Position numbers and translations under genes: made by a program. Shown here one piece after another: positions 12,095-24,800 of a DNA stretch of 64,000 nucleotides. Source of the DNA: Bulinus truncatus (taxonomy: Eukaryota). The notes below the pieces were generated by a model. That model searched no databases. It worked only from the letters and a program-made list of their open reading frames with translations, and had not been told where the DNA came from. The DNA lies in the NCBI GenBank assembly GCA_021962125.1, contig JAGDYQ010000001.1:5463061-5527060 (forward strand), given 5' to 3'. The first letter of the stretch is position 1; each line of letters starts with the position of its first letter.

Positions 12095-13101
12095 GTAACT
12101 TCAAATTTTAAGCATATACTGTACTAAAAAGTTCCATAAAAAAAGCTTTGTAACACTGAAATTAATTATAAACAATAAAGACTAATGTTAACAGTATTAC
12201 TTTGGCTGATCTAAAATATATTTAAGTACTTCCCACAAACAACCATATTTATTATTCTCTCGTATACCCATCTATCTGTTCTCGGAGAAGTAGATGTACA
12301 ATACCATTCAGAAACTAATTTAAGTTTGATTTAGGTGTTTTGATTACTTTGATGAAATTTCATTGAAAATTTTTTGTTGGTTTGTTTTGAAATTTGATGT
12401 TTACGAGCACACTGAAAGGCTGCGTAAGTACATTGTGAAAACTGATTGAAAGTTTTTTTTTTCAAAAAGGTATCCATCTCTATCATAACAGAGCCAGAGC
12501 TAGACACTGTTTATTTTAAAAAAGCTTACAATAAAAAAAATAATTCCATTATCACTTAATTCTGATTGTATTTTTATCTGCTCGTCTCTCTGGACTACAC
12601 TTTGCCTTATAGGAATTTTCGTTTCATATGATTGACTAAAACTGACATCATAGCCCTTAAACAAATTCTAACAATATTGAACATTCTATCTTTGGGAAAC
12701 CACTGCTTTATTTCATCTTGTATTTCTATTAAAGTTTAGTAATCATCTATGCCACATCTATATGGGATATCATATCTCTGTTTGGTTTTTGCATGTGAGA
12801 CCTAAAATCAGAAGCCTAATGAGTGTTTGTGGTACCTGGAACATATACTAAAAAATGCAGCCTTTTTGCTGTGCCAATAAATACCAAAATGTTGAGATTG
12901 CTGCCCCTTGCTGTTTGAGAAAAATGTGCTGCCAGGGCGGATTACCCTATTCTACCCCTGCCTAGTTAAGCCACTGCCTAAAAAGGAAAAAAATACTGTT
13001 AACATTCCACAGGTTTATTAGAGCTTTGGAGATAATAAAGTGCAATGTAAAAAATGTCATATTGTTTTTACTTGCATGAATCATGTTAATTTTATTTTTA
13101 G

Positions 13102-13236
13102 TTAATGGCACAGTCATACTATTTGAATGTTGGCTGTCCTTCTGAAGTCAAAGAATTTGTAGAGCACATTTGGCAGGAGGCCATGTCAGAAGTCACAGAA
13201 GTCATTGGTGATTTAAAAGCCATCCGACTTGAACAG
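13102..13236 (+). CDS. PARP4: PARP4-like exon 6, helical regulatory region (..EFVEHIWQEAMSEVTEVIGDLKAIRLEQ).
   Basis: Acceptor TTTTTAG; donor GTAAAA; matches human DLVEMIWAEALGHLEHML. Confidence 0.75.
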
Positions 13237-14050
13237 GTAAAATAAAATATCAGATCTCACAAAATACAATGATATAATTATGATTATTGTTTTTTTAGAG
13301 TATTTTTTTTTGAGATTTTGTTTAGTTTTAAAATTTATTTTTTATCAGTTCTTAGGGATTTCTAGTTTAAAAAAAAAAAATGTAGTGTTATGTTACAGTT
13401 TAATATTCTCTCCATTTGGCTGGCATGTTTATTACTAAATGTTATTTTGTGGACTTTTTTTTTACATTAATTTCTGATTTATTTACTAAAAAATGCACTA
13501 AAGTTGCAAAATTTAACATCTAGTTTTGAACTAATTTTACTACCTCTTTGATTTATGCATCACTCTTACTGCTTAAATTTAGAGGTTGTGTTGTCTTAAA
13601 TTTACTGGATATTAAAAATTTGATTATTTATTGGCCGTTAAGTTCAAAATTTGATCATGGGAACATATTTTAAGAGTCCGAATTTCAGTGTGCATGTAAC
13701 TTTTACACTGATATCTCTAAAAAGATGTTGACTGGTCTCCTCCTCTGTTCTTTCATGGTACCTAACTTCAGCATCAGCTGTATTGTAGAAATGAATGTAT
13801 TGTAGAAACGATGCTATAAATCTGTCTGAAAAATAATGTTGCATCATAAACATGTATTCTTACTTTACAGGCATAGTTCTAATGTGTTTTTTTGTGTCCC
13901 TAAGATTTAGAAATTAAGTTCTAATACAATAATGACAAATTGTACATTTGTAACAAACTGTGTTTAAGGGGAAATAAGAATGAAGCAGGGTTTGCCTGTT
14001 CTAAGGTTTTACTATTTTTGTAACTCTTATTCTTCTATTTACTGCGATAG

Positions 14051-14233
14051 GTTGAAAAAGCCGAAGCCATAATTTTAAAGATTAGAGAAGCAGTGGCATC
14101 CTCATCTGAAGAATCCAAAATTCAGTCACTTTTCTCACAATTTTATTCAACTTTAAAACATAGAAATGAGAATTCAGATGTTAAAGAATCTGAAAGGAAA
14201 AAATGGTGCATGAAGAAAAAAGATATGTGTCAG
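14051..14233 (+). CDS. PARP4: PARP4-like exon 7 (VEKAEAIILKIREAV...FSQFYSTLKH...KKKDMCQ).
   Basis: Acceptor GCGATAG; donor GTAATA; matches human AEGILLLVKAAL..MTEFYRLIPH..KKADLCQ. Confidence 0.85.
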
Positions 14234-14458
14234 GTAATATTGACACTCTTATTTTGAATATAATCATGAGTTACTTAACATAATACATGTACATGCATCA
14301 ATTGTAATCATGGTAAAGTTAGCACAAATTTAAAAATATAAATGTAAAATCTGATTCTTAAATAAACAGATTCACATGCTACTGAGGTATCTGAAGAAGC
14401 ACAGACTATTATTTTAGTAAAATGATATATTTTATTTCATTTCTTTTTTTATTTTCAG

Positions 14459-14613
14459 TTGATCAAGGATATGATTTCAGTTAATGAAATCACCAATTTT
14501 CAAGAAAGAGCATACACTGACTCAAAGTATGCTGCACTCAGGTGTCAGATCACATCACTGACCAACGACAAGAGACAAGAAATAGAGGAATTAGTCAGAG
14601 CTTCCATGGATAT
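14459..14613 (+). CDS. PARP4: PARP4-like exon 8 (LIKDMISVNE...SKYAALRCQI...).
   Basis: Acceptor ATTTTCAG; donor GTAAAT; matches human LIRDMVNVCE..AKYRALRCKI; phase 2 out. Confidence 0.85.
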
Positions 14614-14849
14614 GTAAATTACATTGAATAATTGAGTTTATTTTCAAATTTAATACATTGATTCTCATGATTAGTTCATTATTTATTTAACCTGTTTATG
14701 CTTCAAATATTTTAGTCAATTTCTTTTTAAAACTTTTCTTTATTATGAATAATTTATTTTCTCATTGTGATTTCTTACATTTTCTATTTTATTTTAGTTT
14801 AAAAAACCCTACATCATTAAGTTTCTCAATAACCTCCTTTATTTTTCAG

Positions 14850-14987
14850 TCCAAAAAATTTATCAGTATTAAATGTCTTTGAAGTTTGGAGACAAGTAGA
14901 GGATTCCAATTTTAGATATGATCTGGAAAACAAACGTTTGCTGTTTCACTCTTCAAAAACAGAAAACTTTGTTGGCATTTTATCCAG
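14850..14987 (+). CDS. PARP4: PARP4-like exon 9, start of the PARP catalytic domain (..LENKRLLFHSSKTENFVGILSR).
   Basis: Acceptor ATTTTTCAG; donor GTATAT; matches human RPLLHGSPVQNIVGILCR; phase 2 in and out. Confidence 0.9.
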
Positions 14988-15089
14988 GTATATCTTTCTT
15001 TCCTCAATTAATTTGAAATTATATGTCAGTCTTTTGTTTGAATCCACTCTCAGAATACTTCATTATGCTATATTTTATTTTCTTATCAG

Positions 15090-15188
15090 GGGTTTACTGT
15101 TGCCCAGAGTTATTGTGGATGTTATGGGAGGCAGTCGAACTGATGAAGGATCACTTGGATGTGGCATTTATTTTGCAAGTGATTCCAA
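15090..15188 (+). CDS. PARP4: PARP4-like exon 10, catalytic (GLLLPRVIVDVMGGSRTDEGSLGCGIYFASDS).
   Basis: Acceptor TCTTATCAG; donor GTAGGA; matches human GLLLPKVVEDRGVQRTDVGNLGSGIYFSDS. Confidence 0.9.
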
Positions 15189-16171
15189 GTAGGATTAAGT
15201 TGCAGTTTAGTTTTTCAATTATCTGTGTTTTTATTGTTGAAATATTTAATCTTTCTACTGATGCAGAGTAATTTTTTTTCAAAATCTTTTTTGTGTGCAG
15301 ATAGTAAAAAAGATTAAAATAGTTGAATCAAATACTTGACCTTTAAAAGGACTAATTTTTCAAAACAATAATTTTATGGTCATTAGGATAACATCATTAA
15401 TTTTTTTTTGACCTTACTGTTACTTTTTCTGTATATTAACATTACTTTTAAAAAAAGCTTTTGACTGTTTAAAAATTTCTACTGTTCCTCCTATTAGCTG
15501 TATAATTCATATAAAACTTATCAATACATGGTTTGTATGCCATGAAAAATCTATGAAATTTAAAAATTAAAATTTCAGGCTATGGAAAACTTGGGCATGC
15601 AGGCTACGCATAATGAAATGTTCTACATGTAACATGTACAGTGAAGTGTTCTGCATGTAACATGTATTTCTTTTCTGCATTCATGACAAAATCACATGTC
15701 AATTTTTTGAGATATTGTCATTGGTAATGATAAGGAAAAAAATATGATAAAATTACTGTAAAAGTGCAGTGGAGGCCATGGGGGAAGGGTCTGTCAACTG
15801 CTGGCGACTTAGCAACAGGCCATTCACTGTTGTGTCAATGAGTCATCTGGTTGCCTATACTTATTTAGCTATTAACAAAATTCTCTTTTTGACGTGACAC
15901 CCCAATGCTGGCTTTTAACTTTACAAAAAATTAACAAATTTCATTTTATAGTATCTTTAGCATTCTGTGCATTCCCCCCCCCCCCTAATTTGTTATTATT
16001 TGTAATTAGGGTCAACCCATTGATTTTTGGTCTTTTGCAACATTATCTGATCACCCTCTCCAATGGGAATGAAACAGCGGATAGTTGTAACATATTGTTT
16101 TAAAAAAAAAAAACCACTTGAATGAAGAAAATGTATATTTAGAGTTTTTTTTTCAAGATCCCTTCCCTGCA

Positions 16172-16200
16172 TTTTCAAGTGTGTGTGTGTGTGTGTGTCC
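16172..16200. repeat. (GT)n microsatellite. A similar (AG)n(GT)n run lies at 5172-5225.
   Basis: Direct reading. Confidence 0.9.
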
Positions 16201-16879
16201 TTTCCACCAATAATAATCCCAATAGGACGAAATAAATTTTAATGGTATTAAAGTATCAATAGATATAGTTCTGTGATTTGTATAGTAGATCATCGCTGAG
16301 TTTTTTTCACTTAGTCATTTTATATAAAAATCAGCCAGCTGTCTTCTCTTTATTTTTCTAATTTCCTATACTCACTCACAACGGGGTTGAAATAAATCCA
16401 GCACTGTTGTAGTTTAAGCCAGAAATGTTAAGTGAAAGCTCTGTGAACACTACCAATGTTCCCTCTAATTTTTCAAAGGCTGTGAGCTAAAAAAAATTAA
16501 TGGCTGTGCACAACTGCAAAATCTCACCTAAATCTGTTTAATAAAAGATGTCGGCCAGGCCCAGTGGCTAATCTGTTTGCAGTAAATTTTTCTTGCTTTA
16601 ATGTTCAAAAAGTTTGTCATTGATGTTATCTATTTCACCCAGCCAATGTTCACATTGGCCGGCTTATGTCCTATGTGAACATAGAGGCCAATGTGAACAA
16701 AGTTGCTATTGTCTAGCAGACTTTGACCGTAAAAAAAAGATATGGAAATTGGTTCGACCTATGGGATTTGGCTTGACAAAAGTGTGTAAACCCTTATAAC
16801 CATTTCCTTGTGAATTTTTATTAGGATTGTGAAATGAGGGTGTCGATGTGAATATTGAAGTAATTTCTGTATTTGACAG

Positions 16880-17063
16880 CACCAGTGTAAAATATTCCAC
16901 CCCTAGCAAGACCAAAGGTTCTCGTTTTCTGCTCATTAATGAGGTTGCCCTGGGAGAAGTGAAAGATTATGTAACACATGATTCAACTCTTGTTGCTCCA
17001 CCTCCAGGATACAACAGTGTTCATGGAGTCAGCAGGAAATGGGACAAATCATCCCAGTTTGAG
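16880..17063 (+). CDS. PARP4: PARP4-like exon 11, catalytic (TSVKYSTPSKTKGSRFLLINEVALGEVKDY..PPGYNSVHGVS...).
   Basis: Acceptor TTTGACAG; donor GTCATT; matches human STSIKYSHPGETDGTRLLLICDVALGK..APPGYDSVHGVS. Confidence 0.9.
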
Positions 17064-18201
17064 GTCATTTTACTTTATTGATTGCTTATATTGACAGATT
17101 AGCTTATTTTTTTTGTCTTACAGTTATACCCCCACTTAACACTGTCCCATTATGTGTTGTTCTGCTATAAGGGTGGTTTTCCCCAATTCATAAATAAATG
17201 AAATTTAAAAAAATAAAATAAACTCACCCAGGCTCATAAAATGTGGTAAATCTGGCAACTTAAGCGGTCCTTTGATTATAGTAATACTAACTGTAAGTCT
17301 GGTAACAAGTCTCTAGTGAATGTAAAAAGTAAGTCTGCATATATAGTTAGGATATAGCGGTATTGAGTTTTGAAGGAAAAAAGTTGTTTTTCATTACATT
17401 TATATTTTAAATCATAAAAAAGTAGTAAAGATAAAATGTATAAATGAAAGTTAAAAACATATGCTAGAAATTAAAAAGCCCTTTTTAGAATAAAATTATA
17501 GTAAGTGATTTCTTGTAAAAAAAAAAATTAACACATTCACTTAGTCTCCAAAACTATTATTAAAATGCAAAAATTTAAGTTTTAAACATAGAAATTATAT
17601 CCTACAAATATAAATACCCTATTAATATTAAAATCTGACAGGCTGACCCGAAATATTACATGTATTAGCCTTTTTCATGTTTATGACAAAAGTACTCATA
17701 ATAATAACATATTAATTGTATATGCTATTTTTAGTGAAAAGATTTTCATAATAATAAAAAAAATAAGTTTATTTAAAGTCAGTATGATTTTTGTTGACTG
17801 TTTATTAGGAAAAAAAAGGCATAATTTCAAATTTGCATTAAAAAATCTACATAAAAAAGACTATGGTAAATGAATATATTCTTTTACTTTAACAAAATAC
17901 ATTTTATTATCCAGCCAATGTATTATGTAATGGCTAAATGTGCAAAAGTCATTACGTGCATAACAATATTTTTTATTGTTATTTTTTCTAATCAGCATCC
18001 ATTGAAATAATATAGAAAATTTACATTTAAATTTTAAAGGAGTATATATTAAATTGCGACAGTTATGCATGGAAATAAAGTGATGTGGGTTCAGACATTC
18101 TCACCAAAAATTATTTTTTTTCACTCATTTGTTAACTTTCAGACAGAGTTTGATAATTTTTTAAATTTTTTTAATGTTTTATTTCTGTCTGTTGGCAACA
18201 G

Positions 18202-18346
18202 GATGATGAATATGTAGTGTACTGTGTAAACCAACAGAGAGTTCGTTATCTTGTAGAGTTCATGGTCATGGGAGATGAACTCAAACCTCCACTGGAGATT
18301 ACTGAAAATGATTCAGCCATGTTGTGTGATGCGGTTGAAAACACTA
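18202..18346 (+). CDS. PARP4: PARP4-like exon 12, end of catalytic domain (DDEYVVYCVNQQRVRYLVEFMVMGDELKPP...).
   Basis: Acceptor GCAACAG; donor GTAAGT; matches human DDEFVVYKTNQVKMKYIIKFSMPGDQ. Confidence 0.9.
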
Positions 18347-18499
18347 GTAAGTGTTTACGTTTTTCACATATTTCAAACATTAATTTCTTATGTTTTGCAA
18401 AAATTATAGAAGTAATTTATATGTTAACATGACAGATACATAATATCAGAAAGTTTATCAATATTTAAAAAAAAAAATATTCCTGCTATGACTGTTAAG

Positions 18500-18627
18500 A
18501 TTTGAATGATGTGTCTGGAATCTCTGACCCGCTGCTAAAAGTGAAGCCTGGCCTAATTGGAAACAATGCCCAGGTTGAGCTGAAAGGTGTGCATATTAGA
18601 GCCAAGCTCATTGATCTGGCTGCCCAG
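18500..18627 (+). CDS. PARP4: PARP4-like exon 13 (..DVSGISDPLLKVKPGLIGNNAQVELKGVHIRAKLIDLAAQ).
   Basis: Acceptor GTTAAG; an alternative in-frame acceptor AAAAG at about 18540 is possible; donor GTATGA; matches human SGNLVPLEDVHIKGRIIDTVAQ. Confidence 0.75.
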
Positions 18628-18829
18628 GTATGAAAAGGTTTTATGTTTTGTCATTGAAAATAATTTAATTTAGTTTTAGAATTGACAACCATTATTTGTC
18701 TGATGTACATATCATGTCCTTAAATTGCAAAATAATTACAATATTAAAAATTGTTACATGGATTGAATTCACATTATTAATATTTGATGATTATTAAATC
18801 TTCTAATTCACTGTATTATGATTGAGTAG

Positions 18830-19054
18830 GTGATAGTCCTCCAGGAGTATTACAATAACAGTAGTGAATCAGTTGAAGCCAAGTATGTTTTCCCTCTTGA
18901 TGACAATGCAGCTGTGTGTGGTTTTGAGGCTTTCATCAATGGCAAGCACATAATTGGGGAAGTGAAAGAGAAAGAGGTGGCACACAAGGAGTACAAAGAA
19001 GCAATTAGCCAGGGCCATGGAGCTTATCTAATGGATCAAGATGAAGAAACACCT
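18830..19054 (+). CDS. PARP4: PARP4-like exon 14, VIT domain (VIVLQEYYNNS..AKYVFPLDDNAAVCGFEAFINGKHIIGEVKEKE..GHGAYLMDQDEETP).
   Basis: Acceptor GAGTAG; donor GTGAGA; near-identical to human VIT motif AKYIFPLDDKAAVCGFEAFINGKHIVGEIKEKE. Confidence 0.95.
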
Positions 19055-19409
19055 GTGAGATCCTAAAGGAATTATAGGATTACTATCTTTTTTTTTTTAA
19101 ATATATTTTTTTTGAATTATCAGATATTGTTGAATGTTTACAAGTCTAACTCAAGCCTTGAATAATTTAATTAATAGGTGTTTTTTTTTATGATAAAATT
19201 AATTTCCTGATATTGTTGAAAGTTTTAAAGCCGGTGGTACTAATAAAAAATCCACATACATTAAAAGAATAATTCTTTCATGAAATAAAATACTTTGTTT
19301 ACTTGATGATTTGTTTCAAAAGTAAATTAGATACGTGTGTACATTGAGTACAGTGAATATTATTTTTTTCTTCAACTTTAGATTCTTAATATCAATGAAT
19401 ATTTTTTAG

Positions 19410-19574
19410 GATGTCTTCACAGTGAGTGTGGGAAATCTTCCACCAGGTGCTTGTGTTCTTATCAAAATAACTTATGTTGCCGAGCTACAAGTGGAGGAAG
19501 AACTGATAAGTTTTAAACTGCCAGCAACTGTGGCTCCATGGAAGGAAGACTCTGCTTTGAAATATTCTACCCAA
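19410..19574 (+). CDS. PARP4: PARP4-like exon 15, VIT (DVFTVSVGNLPPGACVLIKITYVAEL...LPATVAPW...).
   Basis: Acceptor TTTTTTAG; donor GTTGGT; matches human DVFTVSVGNLPPKAKVLIKITYITEL..MPATVAPW. Confidence 0.95.
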
Positions 19575-19725
19575 GTTGGTCTTCTGATTACTCTTTAATG
19601 TTTGCTTTTCCTCATAATTAATCTTTTAAAGACTTTTTTGGTGCTAGCTAGTATTGATATGTATTATGATGTTCGTATTTCCCTCATTAACTCATTATTA
19701 AACTACGCAATAATATTTATTAAAG

Positions 19726-19839
19726 GAAGAGCTTAAAAGTCACAAAATGGTTTCTGCGAATACTACTGTCCAAGTTGCTGTGGAAATGCCATTTGAAATT
19801 AGAAGTCTTCATTGTCCTACTCATAATATAAAAATGAAG
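19726..19839 (+). CDS. PARP4: PARP4-like exon 16 (EELKSHKMVSANTTVQVAVEMPFEIRSLHCPTHNIKMK).
   Basis: Acceptor TTAAAG; donor GTTAAA; corresponds to human ..FSLTMSIEMPYVIEFIFSDTHELKQK. Confidence 0.75.
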
Positions 19840-19955
19840 GTTAAAAGTTTTAAAAATTGTATTACTTGCTTTAGAATATTATATTTAGTGATAATTATAC
19901 CTAACTTTAGTTTTAGCTATATTTTATATATTTTTAAACTTTGATTTCACTTCAG

Positions 19956-20090
19956 AAAACATCAACCAAAGCATATGTTGAAATGACACGCAAGCAGAAC
20001 TTTGGATCAGGGTTCCAGCTGCTTATTGGCCTTGCTGAAATCCACGTTCCTAGAATGTGGGTAGAAAGGCTTCCCGATTCACAGGAGCAG
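19956..20090 (+). CDS. PARP4: PARP4-like exon 17 (..GFQLLIGLAEIHVPRMWVERLPDSQEQ).
   Basis: Acceptor CACTTCAG; donor GTAAAT; matches human GFSLHIGLSAAYLPRMWVEKHPEKESE. Confidence 0.9.
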
Positions 20091-20214
20091 GTAAATTAAA
20101 AAGTTCTTTTTGAATAAAGAACCTCAGATATAAATATTATCCAAATACCTTTTGAAAGGAAAACATTTCTTTCTTTTTAGTTAAACCCACTTTGTTTATC
20201 ATTTACTTATTCAG

Positions 20215-20401
20215 GCTTGTATGTTAACATTTTTCCCCGAATTCGAAGCTGCTGAATCAAGAGAAGGGGAGATTATTTTGCTGTTAGACAATTCAAACTC
20301 AATGAGTGGTAGTTCACTGACTGAGGCAAAGAAAGTGGCATTGCTTATCATGAAATTAATCCCAGAAAACTGGCGCTTTAATGTCATGAAGTATGGCTCA
20401 G
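20215..20401 (+). CDS. PARP4: PARP4-like exon 18, start of vWA domain (ACMLTFFPE...EIILLLDNSNSMSGSSLTEAKKVALLIMKLIP...).
   Basis: Acceptor TTATTCAG; donor GTTAGG; matches human ACMLVFQPD..VIICLDCSSSMEGVTFLQAKQIALHAL, including the MIDAS-like DxSxS motif. Confidence 0.9.
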
Positions 20402-20608
20402 GTTAGGAACTAACTTTATCTAATAAATTTTTAATTTCTAGAGGTTGTAAAAAATTGTTTCCTTAATCCCAGCTTATTTTTAAATTAACTTAACTTTTGT
20501 TTTTGAGTGGATAAAGAAAAGGAAGCTTGTAGCATGATATCTGTGGTGTAAATAGGGATTCTCATTATTTTTTTTTAATGCGCGCGTAAAATACTTTTTC
20601 TATTTTAG

Positions 20609-20682
20609 ACTATGAGGAACTGTTTCCTGCTCCGGTGGTCAGTAGTGAAGACAACTTAAAAACGGTTGTCTCATTTATACAG
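20609..20682 (+). CDS. PARP4: PARP4-like exon 19, vWA (DYEELFPAPVVSSEDNLKTVVSFIQ).
   Basis: Acceptor ATTTTAG; donor GTAAAA; matches human GYKELFSYPKHITS. Confidence 0.8.
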
Positions 20683-21213
20683 GTAAAAAAAAAAAAACAA
20701 CTGATGGACATTAAAGAAAAATAAAATAAAATAATTAAAACTGTTTGAACTTATTCAGTTATGCATGATTTTACACTGCCTTCATCCTATAAGATTCCCT
20801 TATATAGTTGGCTTACAGACTGATATTGTTTCATCAGCTTATTATTGATTTTGTCTTAATCAACTGAAAGCAGTTATATTTAAAATGAACTTTAATTAAT
20901 ATTTTGTACAAGGAGAATGCAGCATAAATAAAACAGAATATATGCAGTGCAAATAACGAACAACTTATGTAATAATAATAGAATATATTAAGTTCATGTT
21001 TCATTCATGAAGGTCATTAGGATCATTGATAAATTCAAAGGAGTAAAAATGAGCTTAATTAAATAATTTTTTAAAACCAAAAAGTATAACTAAAAGAATT
21101 CTTCTTATGATTACATCCAGTAAATATTCTTTAATTTTTCTCGTGTGACAATATTTATTCATAATTGGCACTATTTTTTTTTCTGGACCATTTTTTTCCT
21201 CCATTTTTTTTAG

Positions 21214-21401
21214 AACTGTTCAGCTACCAGAGGAGACACTGAGGTGATACGTCCATTGCAGTCACTTTTTTTACTTCCCTATCAGACCAGTCAGAGGAAT
21301 GTTTTCTTGGTGTCAGATGGCCACATCAACAACCATAATCTGGTCTTGCAGTCAGCTCATATGAACTCTTCACACACTAGAGTTTTCACATTTGGTGTAA
21401 G
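21214..21401 (+). CDS. PARP4: PARP4-like exon 20, vWA (..RNVFLVSDGHINNHNLVLQ..HTRVFTFGV).
   Basis: Acceptor TTTTTTTAG; donor GTAACT; matches human RNILLVSDGHLQDESLTLQ..HTRLFACGIG. Confidence 0.9.
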
Positions 21402-22111
21402 GTAACTAAATAAATGCATTTTATGTATAAAAGCGAAAACATTTCTCATATTTTTATGCATCATTTCACTGATTATCGTACCTGATGAATTATAAAAATT
21501 TAACATCATATAAATTTGACAGAATGCAAGCGTTTTTCAATTACAAAATTTTGTCAGAGGAGGCTCTACATTTGCTATAAAACTATTAAAAAGCCATGAT
21601 ATATTTAAACATGTATTATATTATGGCAGATTTTCTTAAGAATTATATCATAAGCTGTAGATGTCTTAAATATTTATATTACAACATATAAACATCAAAA
21701 ATGCTGAAAATAGTCCTCATAAAATAAAGATATCTGAAATCAAGTGACTCTTGATGCATTAATAAAAATGTAAGTTCAAAAAATTATCACCCCTTGATTT
21801 ATTACCTGTATTATTCTCCCTTTGGTTGTATGTTTAGTGTGCTTTTGGATGTGATCTGTGCTTTTGTAAGGTCAAGCATGCTTTGGTGATGGGCATGACT
21901 GGTAGAGGTATTGTGATTGGTCAAGGATTACGTGGAGAGGATAGGCCTTATTAGGAGGACACACATGGAGGTAGTTTTTTAGATGGTAGAGTCAGAGCAT
22001 AGTAGTCACACAGAAAAGTTAGTCAGAGTGTTTTTTGAAGAGTTGCACATGCTAGTTTTCATGAGGCAGTCTCGCAGGGGATGAATGAAGAAGGTTTTGT
22101 GAGTGAAAGTT

Positions 22112-23330
22112 TATTCATTGATGTTGTGTTGAGATGGTGCTTATATTGATTGATCTTGTGTTGAGAAGGTGCTGATATTAATTGATGTTGTGTTGAGATG
22201 GTGCTGATATTGATTGATGTTGTGTTGAGATGGTGCTGATATTGATTGATGTTGTGTTGAAAAGGTGCTGATATTGATTGATGTTGTGTTGAGATGGTGA
22301 GATGGTGCTGATATTCATTGATGTTGTGTTGAGAAGGTGCTTATATTAATTGATGTTGTGTTGAGATGGTGCTGATATTGATTGATGTTGTGTTGAGATG
22401 GTGCTGATATTCATTGATGTTGTGTTGAGATGGTGCTGATATTCATTGATGTTGTGTTGAGATGGTGCTGATATTCATTGATATTGTGTTGAGAAGGTGC
22501 TTATATTAATTGATGTTGTGTTGAGAAGGTGCTGATATTGATTGATGTTGTGTTGAGATGGTGCTGATATTCATTGATGTTGTGTTGAGATGGTGCTGAT
22601 ATTCATTGATGTTGTGTTGAGAAGGTGCTCATATTAATTGATGTTGTGTTGAGAAGGTGCTGATATTGATTGATGTTGTGTTGAGATGGTGCTGATATTC
22701 ATTGATGTTGTGTTGAGATGGTGCTGATATTCATTGATGTTGTGTTGAGATGGTGCTTATATTAATTGATGTTGTGTTGAGAAGGTGCTGATATTGATTG
22801 ATGTTGTGTTGAGATGGTGCTGATATTCATTGATGTTGTGTTGAAAAGGTGCTGATATTGATTGATGTTGTGTTGAGATGGTGCTGATATTCATTGATGT
22901 TGTGTTGAGAAGGTGCTTATATTAATTGATGTTGTGTTGAGATGGTGCTGATATTGATTGATGTTGTGTTGAGATGGTGCTGATATTCATTGATGTTGTG
23001 TTGAGATGGTGCTGATATTCATTGATGTTGTGTTGTGATGGTGCTGATATTCATTGATATTGTGTTGAGAAGGTGCTGATATTGATTGATGTTGTGTTGA
23101 GATGGTGCTGATATTCATTGATGTTGTGTTGAGATGGTGCTGATATTCATTGATGTTGTGTTGAGATGGTGCTTATATTAATTGATGTTGTGTTGAGAAG
23201 GTGCTGATATTGATTGATGTTGTGTTGAGATGGTGCTGATATTCATTGATGTTGTGTTGAAAAGGTGCTGATATTCATTGATGTTGTGTTGAGATGGTGC
23301 TGATATTCATTGATGTTGTGTTGAGATGGG
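22112..23330. repeat. Minisatellite, 32-bp unit (GTGCTGATATTCATTGATGTTGTGTTGAGATG), about 38 copies, in intron 20.
   Basis: Period measured between successive GAGATGG occurrences. Confidence 0.95.
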
Positions 23331-23671
23331 GATTATATCTATTATATCTTGAGGATTTTTCATTTTCATGTATTAAGTTCAGTCTTTATTCTCATAAGGA
23401 CTTAGTCGTGTCATTATTTTGGAACTCAAATGGGATACGACAACTACATTCAGAGACAATGAGTGGACCTAATGGTCCAGTGATGTACAGCAGAATTTTT
23501 TAAAATATCTGTCCAGTTGGCTTAGTGCAATATTATATAGCTAGGATAGCAGTCAGATTATACAATTCTACTGTTTAAAATATCTACGATTTACTTTTGT
23601 TGAATTTAAATACTGGTAAATAAACTACAACAAAAAAAAAAAAAAAACAATAATAGAAAACAAAAACACTT

Positions 23672-23790
23672 AACATAATGTTTGATGATTGTAACTCAAT
23701 GATGTTTGATGATTGTAACTCAATGATGTATGATGATTGTAACTCAGTGATGTTTGATGATTGTAACTCAATGTTATTTGATGATTGTAA
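23672..23790. repeat. Minisatellite, 24-bp unit x ~5 (CAATGATGTTTGATGATTGTAACT).
   Basis: Direct reading. Confidence 0.9.
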
Positions 23791-23851
23791 CTGAAATCAC
23801 TGAAATGTATAAATTTCCTGAAATGGTTACATTTTTTGTTGGTTTTCTCAG

Positions 23852-23951
23852 TGACACTTGTAATAGTTATGTTCTGAAAGCTCTGGCTCGTGTGTCTGGA
23901 GGAACTTTTGAGTTCTTTAATAACAAGGCCAAGTCCAAGTGGGAAACAAAG
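23852..23951 (+). CDS. PARP4: PARP4-like exon 21, vWA (SDTCNSYVLKALARVSGGTFEFFNNKAKSKWETK).
   Basis: Acceptor TTTTCTCAG; donor GTAAAA; matches human STANRHVLRILSQCGAGVFEYFNAKSKHSWRKQ. Confidence 0.9.
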
Positions 23952-24317
23952 GTAAAAGTTTTTATCATCTAAACAAAAAATTTCTGTAATTAACCTTATA
24001 CAGACCATCTGGGTCAGATGGAGCAGGGTTCGGATGTTTCTGTAGCCACTGCGAACTATGAAAATGTGGCTAGTAAATGCCCATGCACCTTTATTTTCTC
24101 TAACAAATGTTTGGAACCTAAAAGTTCTGGCACTCACCTGGGCCCAAACCTGGGCCACCTCGTTCCATGTGTTATATTAACAAAGTTAAAAATCTTTTTA
24201 TGTTAGTTGAGGGGAAAAGATAATAAAGTCCATGACTTTTTTTGTGTGTTAAGCCTAAGAAAATTTTTTTAAAACATGTTTCTTGAACTTAAATGAAAAA
24301 AAAAAAAAATATGTCAG

Positions 24318-24488
24318 GTGAAACATCAACTGGACAAAGCCAGTCAACCAGGGTTAACTTCTGTGTCGGTAGAGTGGTGCCAGTATGATGACCACCTACG
24401 CCCACCTGTGCAGGCCCCAAAACAGATCACTGCTATGTTCAATGGATCTCGACAGGTCATCTATGGCTTTGTGCCTAACTGTACAATG
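24318..24488 (+). CDS. PARP4: PARP4-like exon 22 (VKHQLDKASQPGLTSVSVEWCQYDDHLRPPVQAPKQITAMFNGSRQVIYGFVPNCTM).
   Basis: Acceptor ATGTCAG; donor GTGAGG; matches human CHSVSVKWQQLNPDAPEALQAPAQVPSLFRNDRLLVYGFIPHCTQ. Confidence 0.9.
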
Positions 24489-24499
24489 GTGAGGATACA

Positions 24500-24750
24500 A
24501 GTTAAACAATGTAAATATGTCGAATGAACAAGTTAGACAATGTAAATATGTTGAATGAACAAGTAAAACAATGTAAATATGTTGAATGAACAAGTTATAC
24601 AATGTAAATATGTTGAATGAACAAGTTAAACAATGTAAATATGTTGAATGAACAAGTTAAACAATGTAAATATGTTGAATGGACAAGTTAAACAATGTAA
24701 ATATGTTGAATGAACAAGTTAAACAATGTAAATATGTTGAATGAACTGCA
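24500..24750. repeat. Minisatellite, 31-bp unit x ~8 (GAATGAACAAGTTAAACAATGTAAATATGTT).
   Basis: Direct reading. Confidence 0.9.
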
Positions 24751-24800
24751 AAAAATATATTTCATCGAATGAAATAATTTTTTATTATATTTAAATTAAG

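Noticed and set aside
16630-16700. Short inverted repeat (GTTCACATTGGCC ... GGCCAATGTGAAC) forming a potential hairpin in intron 10
   Set aside because: Arms are only about 13 bp with no flanking features; could be chance or a tiny MITE remnant; not enough to call.
23670-24158. 162-aa minus-strand ORF
   Set aside because: Runs antisense through PARP4 exon 21 and a 24-bp minisatellite; the repeat (SYNHQTSL) drives the open frame.
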